A DNA stretch of 64,000 nucleotides from Minisyncoccota bacterium (GCA_028713005.1 JAQTPC010000004.1:2745-66744); one strand, 5' to 3'; positions 36,931 through 49,000 are shown, counted from the stretch's first letter. Notes: a model not told the origin generated them from the letters alone. Numbers and translations: made by a program.

Positions 36931-37608
36931 TTATTTCTTTGCAGCGACGTCTTTTGCGAAGATTTCGCCCTTGTATATCCAAACTTTGATACCGATATCA
37001 CCATAGGTCATGTGAGCCTTTTCACGAGCAAAATCGATGTCAGCACGAAGTGTCTGGAGAGGAACCTGTCCCTTCTTGAGCTCTTCACTGCGAGCGATCT
37101 CAGCACCACCGAGGCGACCACCGAGGCGGATACGAATACCCTTTACCTCCTTGTTGGCCATCACCTTTTCAATTGTCTGCTTGAGCACACGACGGAATGG
37201 AAGGCGCTTTTCGAGAGCTTCAGCAATCATCATGCCAGTGATAGCGGCATTTGACTCTGGAGTACGGACTTCTTCAATATCAAGTTTGAGTTCCTGTGTT
37301 TTGAGGTCGATCTTTGCCTTGCGGATGAGAGTCATAACCTTTGCACGGAGCTTGACGATACCGTCACCAGACTTGCCGATGAGCATACCTGGACGTGATG
37401 TCTTAATGACAACACGGAGTACTTTTTGTGAACGTTCGATCTCAACACCACCTACATAAAATGTACGAAGTTCCTTCTGGAGGAATTCGCGGATGATAAC
37501 GTCAGTCTTGAGAGCTGTGCGGTATCCTTGATCTGTTCCAAACCAACGACCTTTCCAATCGCGGATGATACCAAGTCTATGAGAATAAGGGTGTACGGTG
37601 TGTGACAT
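36931..37608 (-). CDS. rpsC: 30S ribosomal protein uS3
   Basis: RPGMLIGKSG, GRLGGAEIAR, PLQTLRADID. Confidence 0.98.
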   Translation of the reverse strand: MSHTVHPYSHRLGIIRDWKGRWFGTDQGYRTALKTDVIIREFLQKELRTFYVGGVEIERSQKVLRVVIKTSRPGMLIGKSGDGIVKLRAKVMTLIRKAKIDLKTQELKLDIEEVRTPESNAAITGMMIAEALEKRLPFRRVLKQTIEKVMANKEVKGIRIRLGGRLGGAEIARSEELKKGQVPLQTLRADIDFAREKAHMTYGDIGIKVWIYKGEIFAKDVAAKK

Positions 37609-37612
37609 ATGA

Positions 37613-37990
37613 TTATTTTTTAGCTGTAGCCTTCTTTACGGTCTTTTTCGACTTCTTTGCAACTCCTGGAGCAAGAACAACGAGGATATGACTTGTACGA
37701 AGTGCAATAGGGTGAGCTGAACCACGTGATACAGGCATTGAACGCTTCATGACAAAGCCCTGATCAACACGAATCTCTTTGACGATGAGTCCTTCTGGAC
37801 CGATCTTGAAATTGTGAGATGCGTTTGCAACAGCTGAGTCGATGAGGACTGAGATAGGGTGACGAGCCTTCTTTGCAGCAAAACCGAGGATAGTCTGTGC
37901 GTCTACAACACTCTTGCCGCGGATCATGTCAGCGACGACACGAACTTTACGAGGAGCGATGCGAGTATTTTTGAGTGAGGCAGTAATCAT
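37613..37990 (-). CDS. rplV: 50S ribosomal protein uL22
   Basis: APRKVRVVADMIRG, SAVANA, RTSHI. Confidence 0.97.
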   Translation of the reverse strand: MITASLKNTRIAPRKVRVVADMIRGKSVVDAQTILGFAAKKARHPISVLIDSAVANASHNFKIGPEGLIVKEIRVDQGFVMKRSMPVSRGSAHPIALRTSHILVVLAPGVAKKSKKTVKKATAKK

Positions 37991-37999
37991 ATAAATGTA

Positions 38000-38347
38000 T
38001 TATTTCTTTGTAGCAGTAGTAGCGGCTTCCTTTGCTGATTTTGCAGCTGAAACTTCTGCTTCCTTTGCCTTGAGCTCAATCTCCTTTTGCATCTTACCAC
38101 CGTGACGTACGAACTTGCGTGTAGGTGAGAATTCACCGAGGCGGTGTCCAACCATATCCTCGGTGACTAGAACTTCAATATGAGCACGACCGTTGTGTAC
38201 GCCAAAAGTAAAACCGAGCATCTCAGGAGAGATCTGACTGCGACGTGACCATGTCTTGATAACGCCAGTAGTAGCAGGCTTTTTGCCAGCTATTTTCTTG
38301 AGGAGTCTTTCCTCGACATATGGACCTTTCTTGAGTGATCGTGCCAT
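38000..38347 (-). CDS. rpsS: 30S ribosomal protein uS19 with C-terminal extension
   Basis: [24 protein letters not shown]. Confidence 0.97.
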   Translation of the reverse strand: MARSLKKGPYVEERLLKKIAGKKPATTGVIKTWSRRSQISPEMLGFTFGVHNGRAHIEVLVTEDMVGHRLGEFSPTRKFVRHGGKMQKEIELKAKEAEVSAAKSAKEAATTATKK

Positions 38348-38395
38348 GGAATAAGTAAATGTAGAATTAAAAAAGCTCAAATGAGCGTGAGAGGT

Positions 38396-38424
38396 ATAGT
38401 AGCAGAGCCAGATTTCGAAGTCAA
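38396..38424 (-). promoter_or_regulatory. Promoter restarting the S10 operon at rpsS
   Basis: TTGACT-17-TACTAT. Confidence 0.65.
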
Positions 38425-38548
38425 GCATTTAGGGCTTATTTTCATAAATATTAGAAAATGTGGCGGACTTTCGTAGAGCTTTAATAGAAGTAAGATAATA
38501 AAAAACCGGACTTCCCTGTGAAGGAGGTCCGGGTGTGCGAAATGAAGA

Positions 38549-38908
38549 TTAATCATTGTAACTGAATTTTCCAAAGCACAAACATTCAGATGTAAAACCA
38601 ATATTAATTTGATCAAATGATACTCCAGCAAACTGCTTTCGCACACCTTGCAAAAAGTGTTCGAAAACACAGCCTGGTTGTAGTGGGTCCACTGGATGAT
38701 TGTTCAGTGGCGGTATTTGCTCGTCTGTGAGTGGTGCATGATAATCGCAGGGCTCAAAATATAGATAGTAGTTTTCAATGCGCATAGTTAAGGCACAAAA
38801 GTGATTACCCTTGTAACTCCTTTGAGCGAACTCGACGATTTCAAAAACTGTAGGCCCTGAATCAAGACCTACATATATTAACATCGGAAATTCTTCATCT
38901 GCATTCAT
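38549..38908 (-). CDS. Orphan hypothetical protein inserted between rplB and rpsS
   Basis: TTGACT-17-TACAGT promoter, GAAAGGA SD, terminator at about 38501-38531. Confidence 0.65.
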   Translation of the reverse strand: MNADEEFPMLIYVGLDSGPTVFEIVEFAQRSYKGNHFCALTMRIENYYLYFEPCDYHAPLTDEQIPPLNNHPVDPLQPGCVFEHFLQGVRKQFAGVSFDQINIGFTSECLCFGKFSYND

Positions 38909-39000
38909 ATCGAAATCCTTTCTGTTAAGGTTCCTTGGTTTAAGTCACTGTAATCTGGTACCAATATTAAGTCAAACACTCAGTAAGTGATTTTTCGAAA

Positions 39001-39030
39001 GCAAAAAACACCCTTTCGGGTGCCTTTTGC
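39001..39030 (-). terminator. Terminator downstream of rplB and the small ORF
   Basis: GCAAAAGGCACCC-GAAA-GGGTGTTTTTTGC. Confidence 0.8.
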
Positions 39031-39053
39031 TTTTACCTTAAATTGACTGGGTT

Positions 39054-39158
39054 TTAACCAAGAAATTCTTTGGTGATAACTATCATCGTAACCTTTTCCA
39101 TAACTGCCTTCGTTACTTTGACAAAAATCTTGTGTAATCCATGAGCTACGTTTCTCAT
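39054..39158 (-). CDS. Putative 34-aa small ORF after rplB
   Basis: ATG 2 nt after the rplB stop; MRNVAHGLHKIFVKVTKAVMEKVTMIVITKEFLG*; ends just before the terminator. Confidence 0.4.
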   Translation of the reverse strand: MRNVAHGLHKIFVKVTKAVMEKVTMIVITKEFLG

Positions 39159-39160
39159 AA

Positions 39161-40012
39161 TTAGAGCTTTGTACTCTTCTTACCAACCTGACGGCGAGAA
39201 ACAATAAAGACGTTTGAGTATTTCTTTGGTGTACGTGTCTTCTGACCCTTACCTGCTGGCTTACCCCAACGTGTCTTGAGACGGCGGAGACCACGACCCT
39301 GACGCTGTTCACCACCACCGTATGGATGATCCACTGGGTTCTGAGCAGTACCACGAACTGTTGGGCGGATACCCATCCAGCGTGAGCGACCTGCTTTACC
39401 AATGTTAACAAGGCGATTTTCTTCATTTGAAACAGCACCGATACTTGCCCATGCATCTTCGTGAATCTTGCGAACTTCTGTTGAAGGCATCTTGATGTGA
39501 GTATAACCTGCATCATTAGCGATAACCTGAGCAAATGAGCCTGCTGAACGAACGAGCTTTGATCCTGAGCCTGGCTTTACTTCGATATTGAAAACGAAAG
39601 CGCCGACAGGGATCTTTTTGAGCGGGAGACGGTTACCTGTTGTAACAGGAGCGTTTTGACTTACGATAAAAGAATTACCTACTTTCATTGTCTTTGGGAG
39701 GAGAACGTAACGTTTCTCACCATCCTTGTATGCAACAAGACCAATATAACCCGTACGGAATGGATCGTATTCAATGGTCTTCACAGTTGCATTGATGTCC
39801 TTTTTGTCATACATGAAATCAATCTCGCGATAGAGTTTCTTGTGACCGCCACCCTGGTGACGAACTGTAATGCGACCATGCGCATTGCGTCCTACGTCAC
39901 GCTTGAAACCGTGAGTAAGAGGCTTATATGGTTCACTGACTGTGAGGTACTCCTTGAATGGGAGAACAGTCATGTGTCGACGTGATTTTGAGGTTGGGCG
40001 GAATGATTTCAT
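39161..40012 (-). CDS. rplB: 50S ribosomal protein uL2
   Basis: GRITVRHQGGG, IEYDP, NPVDHPYGGG. Confidence 0.98.
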   Translation of the reverse strand: MKSFRPTSKSRRHMTVLPFKEYLTVSEPYKPLTHGFKRDVGRNAHGRITVRHQGGGHKKLYREIDFMYDKKDINATVKTIEYDPFRTGYIGLVAYKDGEKRYVLLPKTMKVGNSFIVSQNAPVTTGNRLPLKKIPVGAFVFNIEVKPGSGSKLVRSAGSFAQVIANDAGYTHIKMPSTEVRKIHEDAWASIGAVSNEENRLVNIGKAGRSRWMGIRPTVRGTAQNPVDHPYGGGEQRQGRGLRRLKTRWGKPAGKGQKTRTPKKYSNVFIVSRRQVGKKSTKL

Positions 40013-40040
40013 GTTAATAAATTAAATAATTGAAAAATGA

Positions 40041-40442
40041 TTATACAAAGTCGATCTTATCCCCTTTCTTCAAGGTAACGACTGCTTTGCGCATACCAGA
40101 TACAACACCCTTCTTGCCACGAACAAAGACATTTTTTGAAGGAAGATTGACAACAGTCACTTTGACTGGAGTTACCTTATAAAGTACTTTGACTGCTTGA
40201 GCGATCGAAGGCTTGTTTGCACCTTTTGTAACAACGAACGTGTACACACCACCTTGACTGAGGATACCTGCCTTCTCTGTGATATGTGGACGAAGGATGA
40301 TAGACGCCGCTGACATTGGCGCAACATGTACCACAGCTGGAGCAACTGCAGTCGATTTCTTTTCAACAGCTTTCTTTGCAGCTGGTTTTACAGTCTTCTC
40401 TACTACTTCTGTCTTTGTCTTTTTTGAACCGAATATAGCCAT
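40041..40442 (-). CDS. rplW: 50S ribosomal protein uL23 with N-terminal extension
   Basis: PHITEKA, ANKPSI, RKAVVTL. Confidence 0.96.
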   Translation of the reverse strand: MAIFGSKKTKTEVVEKTVKPAAKKAVEKKSTAVAPAVVHVAPMSAASIILRPHITEKAGILSQGGVYTFVVTKGANKPSIAQAVKVLYKVTPVKVTVVNLPSKNVFVRGKKGVVSGMRKAVVTLKKGDKIDFV

Positions 40443-40451
40443 AATAGTAAA

Positions 40452-41120
40452 TTAAGCTTTTGTAACCTTAGCTGATAATGCCTTGAGTGAATTCTCAGGA
40501 TTGACGACGATAAGATATGAGTGATTCATCAAAGAAACTGGGTTAATGTTACGGAATTCTTCGATAGAAACATTGCCAAAGTTCTTGAAACTCTTGTCGA
40601 CAGCCTCTGTTCTCTTATCGAAAGCGATGAGTGCTGCGTTCTTTTTCTTTGTAGCAACTTTCTCAAAGCCCTTGATACCACCAAAAGCGGTAAGAATAGC
40701 ACGCGCATCCTTTGCCTTTGGCTTTGCAAGAGAAATAGCATCGACAAAGAGGATTTCACCATCTTTCCACTTGCGTGAGAGAACTGTGAGAAGAGCCTTA
40801 TCCTTGACCTTCTTGTTGATCTTGCGATCGAAATTCTGATCATTGCGTGGACCATGAGTAACACCACCACCAACCCAGATAGGTGAGCGTGATGAACCGT
40901 GACGAGCACGACCTGTACCTTTTTGCTTCCATGGCTTCTTGCCACCACCACGAACTTCACCACGTGTTTTTGTATGAGCGACGTTTGTGCGTGAATTTGA
41001 ATTCATAAGACGAACAACTTCGTGGACGAGGTCAGCATTCCATGGCATGTCAAAGATACCGACAGGAAGTTTGAACTTTCCTGCTTCTTTGCCTGTTTGA
41101 TTGTAGATTTTTGTTTCCAT
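40452..41120 (-). CDS. rplD: 50S ribosomal protein uL4
   Basis: TKTRGEVRGGGKKPWKQKGTGRARHGS. Confidence 0.98.
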   Translation of the reverse strand: METKIYNQTGKEAGKFKLPVGIFDMPWNADLVHEVVRLMNSNSRTNVAHTKTRGEVRGGGKKPWKQKGTGRARHGSSRSPIWVGGGVTHGPRNDQNFDRKINKKVKDKALLTVLSRKWKDGEILFVDAISLAKPKAKDARAILTAFGGIKGFEKVATKKKNAALIAFDKRTEAVDKSFKNFGNVSIEEFRNINPVSLMNHSYLIVVNPENSLKALSAKVTKA

Positions 41121-41134
41121 GATGGTATAAATGA

Positions 41135-41740
41135 TTAACCTACGATCTCCACTAATGTACCTCTCTTTCCTGGGATTGCTCCAGCAACATACATGACATT
41201 TTCGTCTGCGTCAATGTGAGCGACCTTGAGGTTCTTGACTGTAATACGATCACTTCCCATACGGCCTGCCATGCGCATACCGACTGGAACACGAGTACGG
41301 AGACCGCCACCGATAGAACCTGGTTCACGTTCTGAGTGCTTTTGACCGTGTGAACGTGGTCCACCACCGAAACCATGGCGCTTAACAACACCTTGGAAGC
41401 CTTTACCTTTTGAAATAGCTGATACCGTGATGACATCCCCTACTGCAAATTGTGAAAGCTCTACTTTGTCGCCAGTCTTAACTACTGGAGCATCAACACG
41501 AAACTCTGCAACTGCTGCAAAATTACCCATATCCTTGAACTGGCCTTTTTGAGCCTTATTGATGCGTCCTGGATTGCGTGTACCTTCACCAATCTGGACA
41601 GCCTCATAGCCATCTACGTCCTTTGTTCGGACTTGAGTGACGACATTACCGCGTACCGTGACGAGAGTCACTGGTATAACAGCGCCAGAAGCGTCATATA
41701 TCTGGGCCATATTCAGTTTTCTTCCTAGAATGAATTTCAT
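41135..41740 (-). CDS. rplC: 50S ribosomal protein uL3
   Basis: SKGKGFQGVVKRH, MAGRMG; start at MKFILG. Confidence 0.98.
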   Translation of the reverse strand: MKFILGRKLNMAQIYDASGAVIPVTLVTVRGNVVTQVRTKDVDGYEAVQIGEGTRNPGRINKAQKGQFKDMGNFAAVAEFRVDAPVVKTGDKVELSQFAVGDVITVSAISKGKGFQGVVKRHGFGGGPRSHGQKHSEREPGSIGGGLRTRVPVGMRMAGRMGSDRITVKNLKVAHIDADENVMYVAGAIPGKRGTLVEIVG

Positions 41741-41752
41741 GTCAGTATAATT

Positions 41753-41827
41753 AGTAATCGGTAAACAGTAATTAGTAATCAGAAAGAAGTCCAGCTTCTG
41801 TTTACTGATTACTATTCTCTGTTTACT
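41753..41827. repeat. Two inverted arrays of four GTAAWCR heptamers between rpsJ and rplC
   Basis: gtaatcg gtaaaca gtaatta gtaatca ... ctgtttactgattactattctctgtttact. Confidence 0.75.
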
Positions 41828-41834
41828 TTTCAAG

Positions 41835-42224
41835 CTACATCATCTTTACGTCTATATTGACTCCAGATGGTAGACTCAAGTTCGTTAGGGCTTCGATAAC
41901 TTTTGGATTTGGGTTGATAATATCTATGAGACGCTTGTGAACACGCATTTCGAACTGTTCACGACTGTTCTTGTCGATGAATGATGAACGGTTAACGGTG
42001 TACTTTTTGATCTCTGTTGGGAGAGGTACTGGACCGTTGACTGTTACGTCATATCTCGAAGCGATATCCATGATCTGACGAAGTGAAGCGTCGAGGATCT
42101 TGTGCTCATAGGCACGAACACGGATGCGAAGATGAGAGACTTCCCCTTCTGCCTTAACCTTCTTTGCGCGAGGCGCAGCCTTGGTTGCAGGAGATTTCTT
42201 TGTTGTTTCTTTAGCGGTAGTCAT
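41835..42224 (-). CDS. rpsJ: 30S ribosomal protein uS10 with N-terminal extension
   Basis: GPVPLPT, SREQFEMRVHKRLIDI. Confidence 0.98.
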   Translation of the reverse strand: MTTAKETTKKSPATKAAPRAKKVKAEGEVSHLRIRVRAYEHKILDASLRQIMDIASRYDVTVNGPVPLPTEIKKYTVNRSSFIDKNSREQFEMRVHKRLIDIINPNPKVIEALTNLSLPSGVNIDVKMM

Positions 42225-42249
42225 GATAATCAGTCTCTATAAAGAGGAT

Positions 42250-43440
<1,191 letters not shown>

Positions 43441-43555
43441 AGTATTATTTGTTTAGTGCTTTACCTTTTTACGTTTAGGCGTGATGCCAAACATCAAAAG
43501 ATAAAGATAAAGTTATTAATAGTTTATAAAACCGCCGGGTAGGCGAATAGGAAAG

Positions 43556-43584
43556 AGCATATCATATGTCTATAATATGTGCAA
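43556..43584 (-). promoter_or_regulatory. Promoter for tuf-S10
   Basis: TTGCAC-17-TATGCT. Confidence 0.55.
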
Positions 43585-43600
43585 ATATTCTACGCTTTAC

Positions 43601-45373
43601 CTAATACGATGGCGTAGGAGCACACGAGTAACCAGTTGGGCACGGAGGTAAACCTATTGTGAAGTAGGCATCACTATAATCGTACGCTTGCATGGTTACT
43701 CCTTTGTTGAGGGTCACGTAAAGCCGGTACAAGCCCGGTGCTGTAAAATATGGCAACGAAACATTGACTAACAAACTGAAATTTTTAATTCCAGGCGATG
43801 CTACATGCTGCGTTGACATAAGTGTCTGCTTATTCAACGAATCTACAGCGTAAACATATACAGTATCACCAATCAGAGCAGAATCCCCTGTTACATTTAG
43901 TGTAACTGTCTTGTATGTTGATGTTTGCCACTGCTCCCCACCGTTTGGCGAGATAATATTGATATCCGGTACATTTGATGTTTGAGTTGAACTAATCGTA
44001 AACACATTGTCGCTTGAGTCACAGTTAGTTGTGCCCGTCTCGCAAATTTGAACAGTATATTGTCCATCGGGCATTGTTTGTACTATTCCTGAATAATTGA
44101 GAGCGGTGCCTACATTCCAACTATATGAATTTTGGTTAATCGGGATATTCGTAGCTATAGTATATGGCGCATAGGCAATAGCTGGACAAAATTGAGTAGT
44201 ACACACAAATTTCTGCATAATCTTGAGATCGGCATATGTGGCACGGAAATAGTAAGGAGATGACCATGTTATGTTTTGCGTCGTTCCTCGCACCCATGCT
44301 TCCCCGCCATTTGGAGAGATAATTTTGAGTGATCCGGCCGTTGTTCCACTAGTTACAACTATAGTTGAAGTAGTTTGAACCTGCTGACCAGAACTATTCA
44401 TAACTATAACCGTAACTGTGTATGTCCCCGGATTTATATATGAATGTGTAAATGTAGTCATTTGAGAAAACGTTGCCAGAGGATCAGCTACGCCTGCAGG
44501 CACATAATATGATGGCTCATCGCCCCAGCGAATACGATAACTCAACGTACCATTCAAGGGATCTGTAGCGCGCACAGTCCATGTCCCTGTTTGTCCAACT
44601 GCGAGAGTAGTTGGCGCATCGACACCGTTTATTACTGGAGCGTTACCTGTAGTAACCGGGTTGGATGTAATCGTAAAGTTTGAATCACTTTCAGCACACG
44701 TTGATCCATCTGCTGGGCAAATTTGTACTTTATATTGACCTTCTGTGATAGCACTTGAATCAAGTGGACACGATGAATCATCAATTGATGTGAGACACCA
44801 ATTTGCTCGTGCTGTACCCACGTTCCACGAGTATGATTTTGCACTCAAATTAACTCCTTTTGCAATAGTAAGAGGCGCACGAACCATAACCATACATTTA
44901 ATAGGTTGCCCTGGTTGTGCGCAGGCTGGAGTTGGGAATACAAGTTTAATATCTCCTTTTTGAGCCAGAACATTCGCTGAACCACTCCAGGTAATGTTTT
45001 GTATAGTACCCTTTACCCATGTTTCGCCACCATTTGGAGAAGTTACCTTAAATGAAGCGTTGTTCGGATTGCTATGACCATTGATATAGCCACGCGTCAT
45101 CGGTCCAAAATATCCAAATGCAGGAAAGCCTAATGACAGTTGATAGCGTATTAACGCCAACTTTGTTTGTGAACCAAAATATCCTTTGACTGCAACACCT
45201 GAACTGACAGATGGAATATCAAAACCATTTGATATCAGCCATGTCTGAAGATTTGTAACATCTGACCCAGAACTACCAACTGATAGATCATTTGAAAAGA
45301 CGAAGTTCTGCGCATGAGCATTCGCAAAGACAACTGTACACGCAATGATAGTTAAGATAATGTATTTTTTCAT
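43601..45373 (-). CDS. Secreted surface protein: peptidoglycan-binding domain, three SPNGGE repeats, PKD-like domain
   Basis: Signal peptide; LSVGSSGSDVTNLQ..GYFGSQT..GYFGPMT; SPNGGE x3; WGD..HSY..PGTYTV. Confidence 0.8.
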   Translation of the reverse strand: MKKYIILTIIACTVVFANAHAQNFVFSNDLSVGSSGSDVTNLQTWLISNGFDIPSVSSGVAVKGYFGSQTKLALIRYQLSLGFPAFGYFGPMTRGYINGHSNPNNASFKVTSPNGGETWVKGTIQNITWSGSANVLAQKGDIKLVFPTPACAQPGQPIKCMVMVRAPLTIAKGVNLSAKSYSWNVGTARANWCLTSIDDSSCPLDSSAITEGQYKVQICPADGSTCAESDSNFTITSNPVTTGNAPVINGVDAPTTLAVGQTGTWTVRATDPLNGTLSYRIRWGDEPSYYVPAGVADPLATFSQMTTFTHSYINPGTYTVTVIVMNSSGQQVQTTSTIVVTSGTTAGSLKIISPNGGEAWVRGTTQNITWSSPYYFRATYADLKIMQKFVCTTQFCPAIAYAPYTIATNIPINQNSYSWNVGTALNYSGIVQTMPDGQYTVQICETGTTNCDSSDNVFTISSTQTSNVPDINIISPNGGEQWQTSTYKTVTLNVTGDSALIGDTVYVYAVDSLNKQTLMSTQHVASPGIKNFSLLVNVSLPYFTAPGLYRLYVTLNKGVTMQAYDYSDAYFTIGLPPCPTGYSCAPTPSY

Positions 45374-45450
45374 ATATTAATGATGACGGATGAGATCTTT
45401 AATCCTTTCATGGTATAACAAAACCGACCAAACGTACATTTATATACGTA

Positions 45451-45483
45451 AAAGCCCGAAACATAGTGTTTCGGGCTTTTTTT
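45451..45483. terminator. Intrinsic terminator
   Basis: AAAGCCCGAAACA-tag-TGTTTCGGGCTTTT. Confidence 0.75.
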
Positions 45484-45509
45484 GATGTATATAAGTAATA
45501 TATATTGAA

Positions 45510-46061
45510 TTACATAATAGTTGTCGACGTAGATACTGGTGGAAGTGGCGGGTTCTCAACTTGAGGAGGCAATTTACGAGTACTTGTGGCTGTTTTATTC
45601 TTAATTTCTTCACGAATAATCTTGCCTACAGTTGATGTCCCCATCTGTGCGCCATTGATAAGCTTTCGTGCTATATCAAGCTTTTCTTGTGGAATAATCC
45701 CTGCTTTGAAAAGAATAGTGACGACTTGTTCAGGTGTGAGACGATGTTCCTGTTCCTTTTTTTCATCATCAAGCTTATCTTTCATCGGGCGTGTTGATGA
45801 CGCAAATGGCATCATCGGACGAGTACTACTACCTACATCTCTTCTCACTGATGTACTCGCAACTCTATCCTTCACTTCAACCTTAAATATATTGCCGAAG
45901 CCAAATCCTGGACGTCCCTGCTTAAAAACATCCCCTGCTGCAGCTTGCTGTTGTGTATATGCCATACCACTTGATACAGCCTCAAGTACAGCTGGATTTG
46001 TGAAGGTGAGAATCGAGAGACCGCCAAGAACAAGAACGTATTTGAAGTTTTTTCCAAACAT
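45510..46061 (-). CDS. Secreted hypothetical protein with SSTRP repeats
   Basis: Signal-like N-terminus; GSSTRPMMPFASSTRPM. Confidence 0.65.
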   Translation of the reverse strand: MFGKNFKYVLVLGGLSILTFTNPAVLEAVSSGMAYTQQQAAAGDVFKQGRPGFGFGNIFKVEVKDRVASTSVRRDVGSSTRPMMPFASSTRPMKDKLDDEKKEQEHRLTPEQVVTILFKAGIIPQEKLDIARKLINGAQMGTSTVGKIIREEIKNKTATSTRKLPPQVENPPLPPVSTSTTIM

Positions 46062-46074
46062 AGATAATAATTAA

Positions 46075-49000
46075 TTATTGATTAAATGAAGCCCCGAGCC
46101 AGTTGATATTTCCGACCGCATCCCACACTGCAGCAGATGGCATATTCTTTGTGACAGTAAAGTTGATTGTATTACTACTCTGCTTTTCTCCGTACACTTG
46201 GAGTGAATATACTCCTGGTGTTGCAAATGATGGCACTACCCCGACCACCTGAGTTCCACTAATTGATTTTGGCGTTATCTTTGTAGTGAAACCACCGACA
46301 GTCGCCTTGATCACTGAACCTGTAACAAAGCCATACCCAGTTATTGTGACCGTAGTTCCTGCAGGACCACTCGTTGGACTGATTGAGTTGATCGTAGGAA
46401 GGATGACTGGAGCAGGAGTTGAAACAGTTGGAGTCGTAGGATTACTAACTATAGTAGTAATTGTAGTCGCTGTTGGGATTGTCGCGGTCGGAGATGATCC
46501 TCCGCCTGAACTACCACCAGTTGACGTCACAGGTTGCGGTGAGTTTGTAAATCCAAGTGACACAACCTCTTTGTCAGACCCAAAACTACTTCCATTTGCG
46601 TCATACCCAGTAAGTACAAATGTTACATTTGGATTTGTCGACTGAATTGTTCCGTTATTATTTGCATCAACAGTCAACAAGAGAATATCTTGCGTTACAT
46701 CATAGTAGTAGCTTGAGTAATACGTCTGTACTGTATTACAAAGTTCTTTTTGATCCGGCGTTCGCATAGTTATCCCTGATGAACAAGTGATATCAAGAGC
46801 CCACTTTGATATATTTTTGTTATTTGCATCACCTTTTATCGCAGCCCAGATACCAACAGTTTGATTTCCATTACTATAAGTTGGGCTGACGAGTAGGTTA
46901 ACGAAAGGTGTGACTGGAGGTACAACTACTCCGCCCACAGTAACTTGTGCAGGTTCACTGACGCGACCGGCATTTACCACATATAGATTTACCTTTGTAC
47001 CTACCGGTAGATCTGATGGTGCAATTGCTCCAATAAGAGTGTCTCCGATTTGTGTTACCTGAGCGACATCTTTTCCGTTATAGGCAAAATATACAGTTGT
47101 ATCACCTTTATTTGCCATGGCAAAATTCTTACCTTCAATGAAGAAACTTTCTCCAGGATAAACAGTGAAGTCTTCTGCCGCTTTAGCTGAGACGCGTGTG
47201 ATGACTGGCTGAGCACTTGCTGGTGAATTCACAATCTGAAAATAACCACTTGTGCCCTGGACACTACCCCCTTTTGACCATGCATCGTAGACTTGGATCG
47301 CATATGTGCCGTTTGGAATAGATGCATCATACTTCCAATCAAATGTTCCTGTATTTGGTGCAGTTGCAACAATTGTTTTTGCAATTGAAGTGTTGTTTGC
47401 ACTAGGGTTTACAAGAACAATTCCCACCATGTGATCACCGAGACCTTTTGAATTCCATTTGATACGTGCGATAAGACCAGAATCTTTTGCTCCACTATTA
47501 TCAAGTACGTTTCCAGCTTGAGGATAAGTTACATTGATAGAACCTGTACTAATTCCTACATCTGGTGCAATTATCGTAAATGGCTTAGCACTTGCATCAG
47601 CTATTGCATTACCCTTATTTGTTGCCCATGAATGAAGAATTATTTTATATACTGGTTTATCGGTAACTGTAAGATCCATTGTTCCCTGCATTCTTGGGAT
47701 AGCCCAATCGTAAGAACCAGTATTTGGAATTGAATAAGCAATTATTTGTTCAGGTCTTTCCCCAGCTTCCGTACTGTATCTAATGTCAATTAACCCTATT
47801 TGCACATTTGCAGTTTCTGCAGCACCTGTACTCTTCCACTTGATAGTCACCTTACCATCACCTTTATTTGCATTAAGTACTTCACCACCGTTTAAATTCA
47901 ACAACTTAATTGATGAATTTTCATTTTTTGTCGATGAAGCAGTTGAGAAAAATTCTGAATACCCTATACCACTCACAGCAACTTGACCCTTTGCTCCATT
48001 ATTTACCTGACTGATAGCAAGCTGATACTTACTTGAAACAATTTTTGGTGTCCAACTATATACACATGAACCCTTACCAAGACCATAGCACTTCACTTGG
48101 TCTCTAGTGAGATTCTCAGCAATATTACCTTTTCCATAATCATTGAACTCTGTGATAGTAAAAGTAGAATCGTTTGCTACTTTATCTGAGAACCAGATCA
48201 CGTTGTACTTCTGACCAACCTTGAGTACATCACCTTTCTTTGGAGAGTAGAAACTGATTTTGATTGGATTAGTAGTTGTTGTCGTACCACCAGCAGCACA
48301 TGAAGCATTTAGTTTTTGAATTGTCAGTGGACCTACAAAACCATATGATGGCAATCCGACACTTGTTTGATACAACTTAACTGCCTCTAGTGTTTGAGGA
48401 CCAAAGTATCCGGTTATAAATTCTTTTGAAAGAAAACCGTTAGTAGCGAGAAACTGCTGGAGAGCGGTAACATCTGCACCAGTTGAACCAGTAGTCATAT
48501 TCAAACTGAATACGTAACAAGGTGTTCCTGTACTTCCACCTCCGCCGCCACCTCCAGTTGAAATTGGCGCTACAGTGATCGCGTCCTTATCAGAGCCAAC
48601 AGTAACGGAGTCCATCTGTGCTGTTACTGAAAGACCAATAAGATGTGATACTGAATCTTTGACCTTATAGCCAATATTCAATACATAACTATTGGCAGCT
48701 TGTAAAAGACCATTCGTTAAGACCTCACCGCAACTGCCACCTCCTTTTGTACTGACATCTATTTCTGAAGAATTACATGAGATTGTAAAAGTTACAGAAT
48801 TAAACTGCTGAGATGAAGAAATTGTGTAATCAAAAAACTGATATCCGTCCGTTGTGCCTTTTGATACGGAATTCAATGTGATACCAGATGTTGGTGGATA
48901 CGAGATGTTTGGATAATTTATATAAATCTGACCACCAGCACCAATCGTTTCAACATATATTTTGTTCTGAGAATTGGAGAACTTAAAATCTGCTGGCACC

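Noticed and set aside
38980-39534. 184-aa ORF overlapping rplB
   Set aside because: Out-of-frame shadow of rplB that runs through the terminator
41741-41833. N-terminal extension of uL3
   Set aside because: It is a translation of the inverted heptamer arrays; the canonical start is MKFILG
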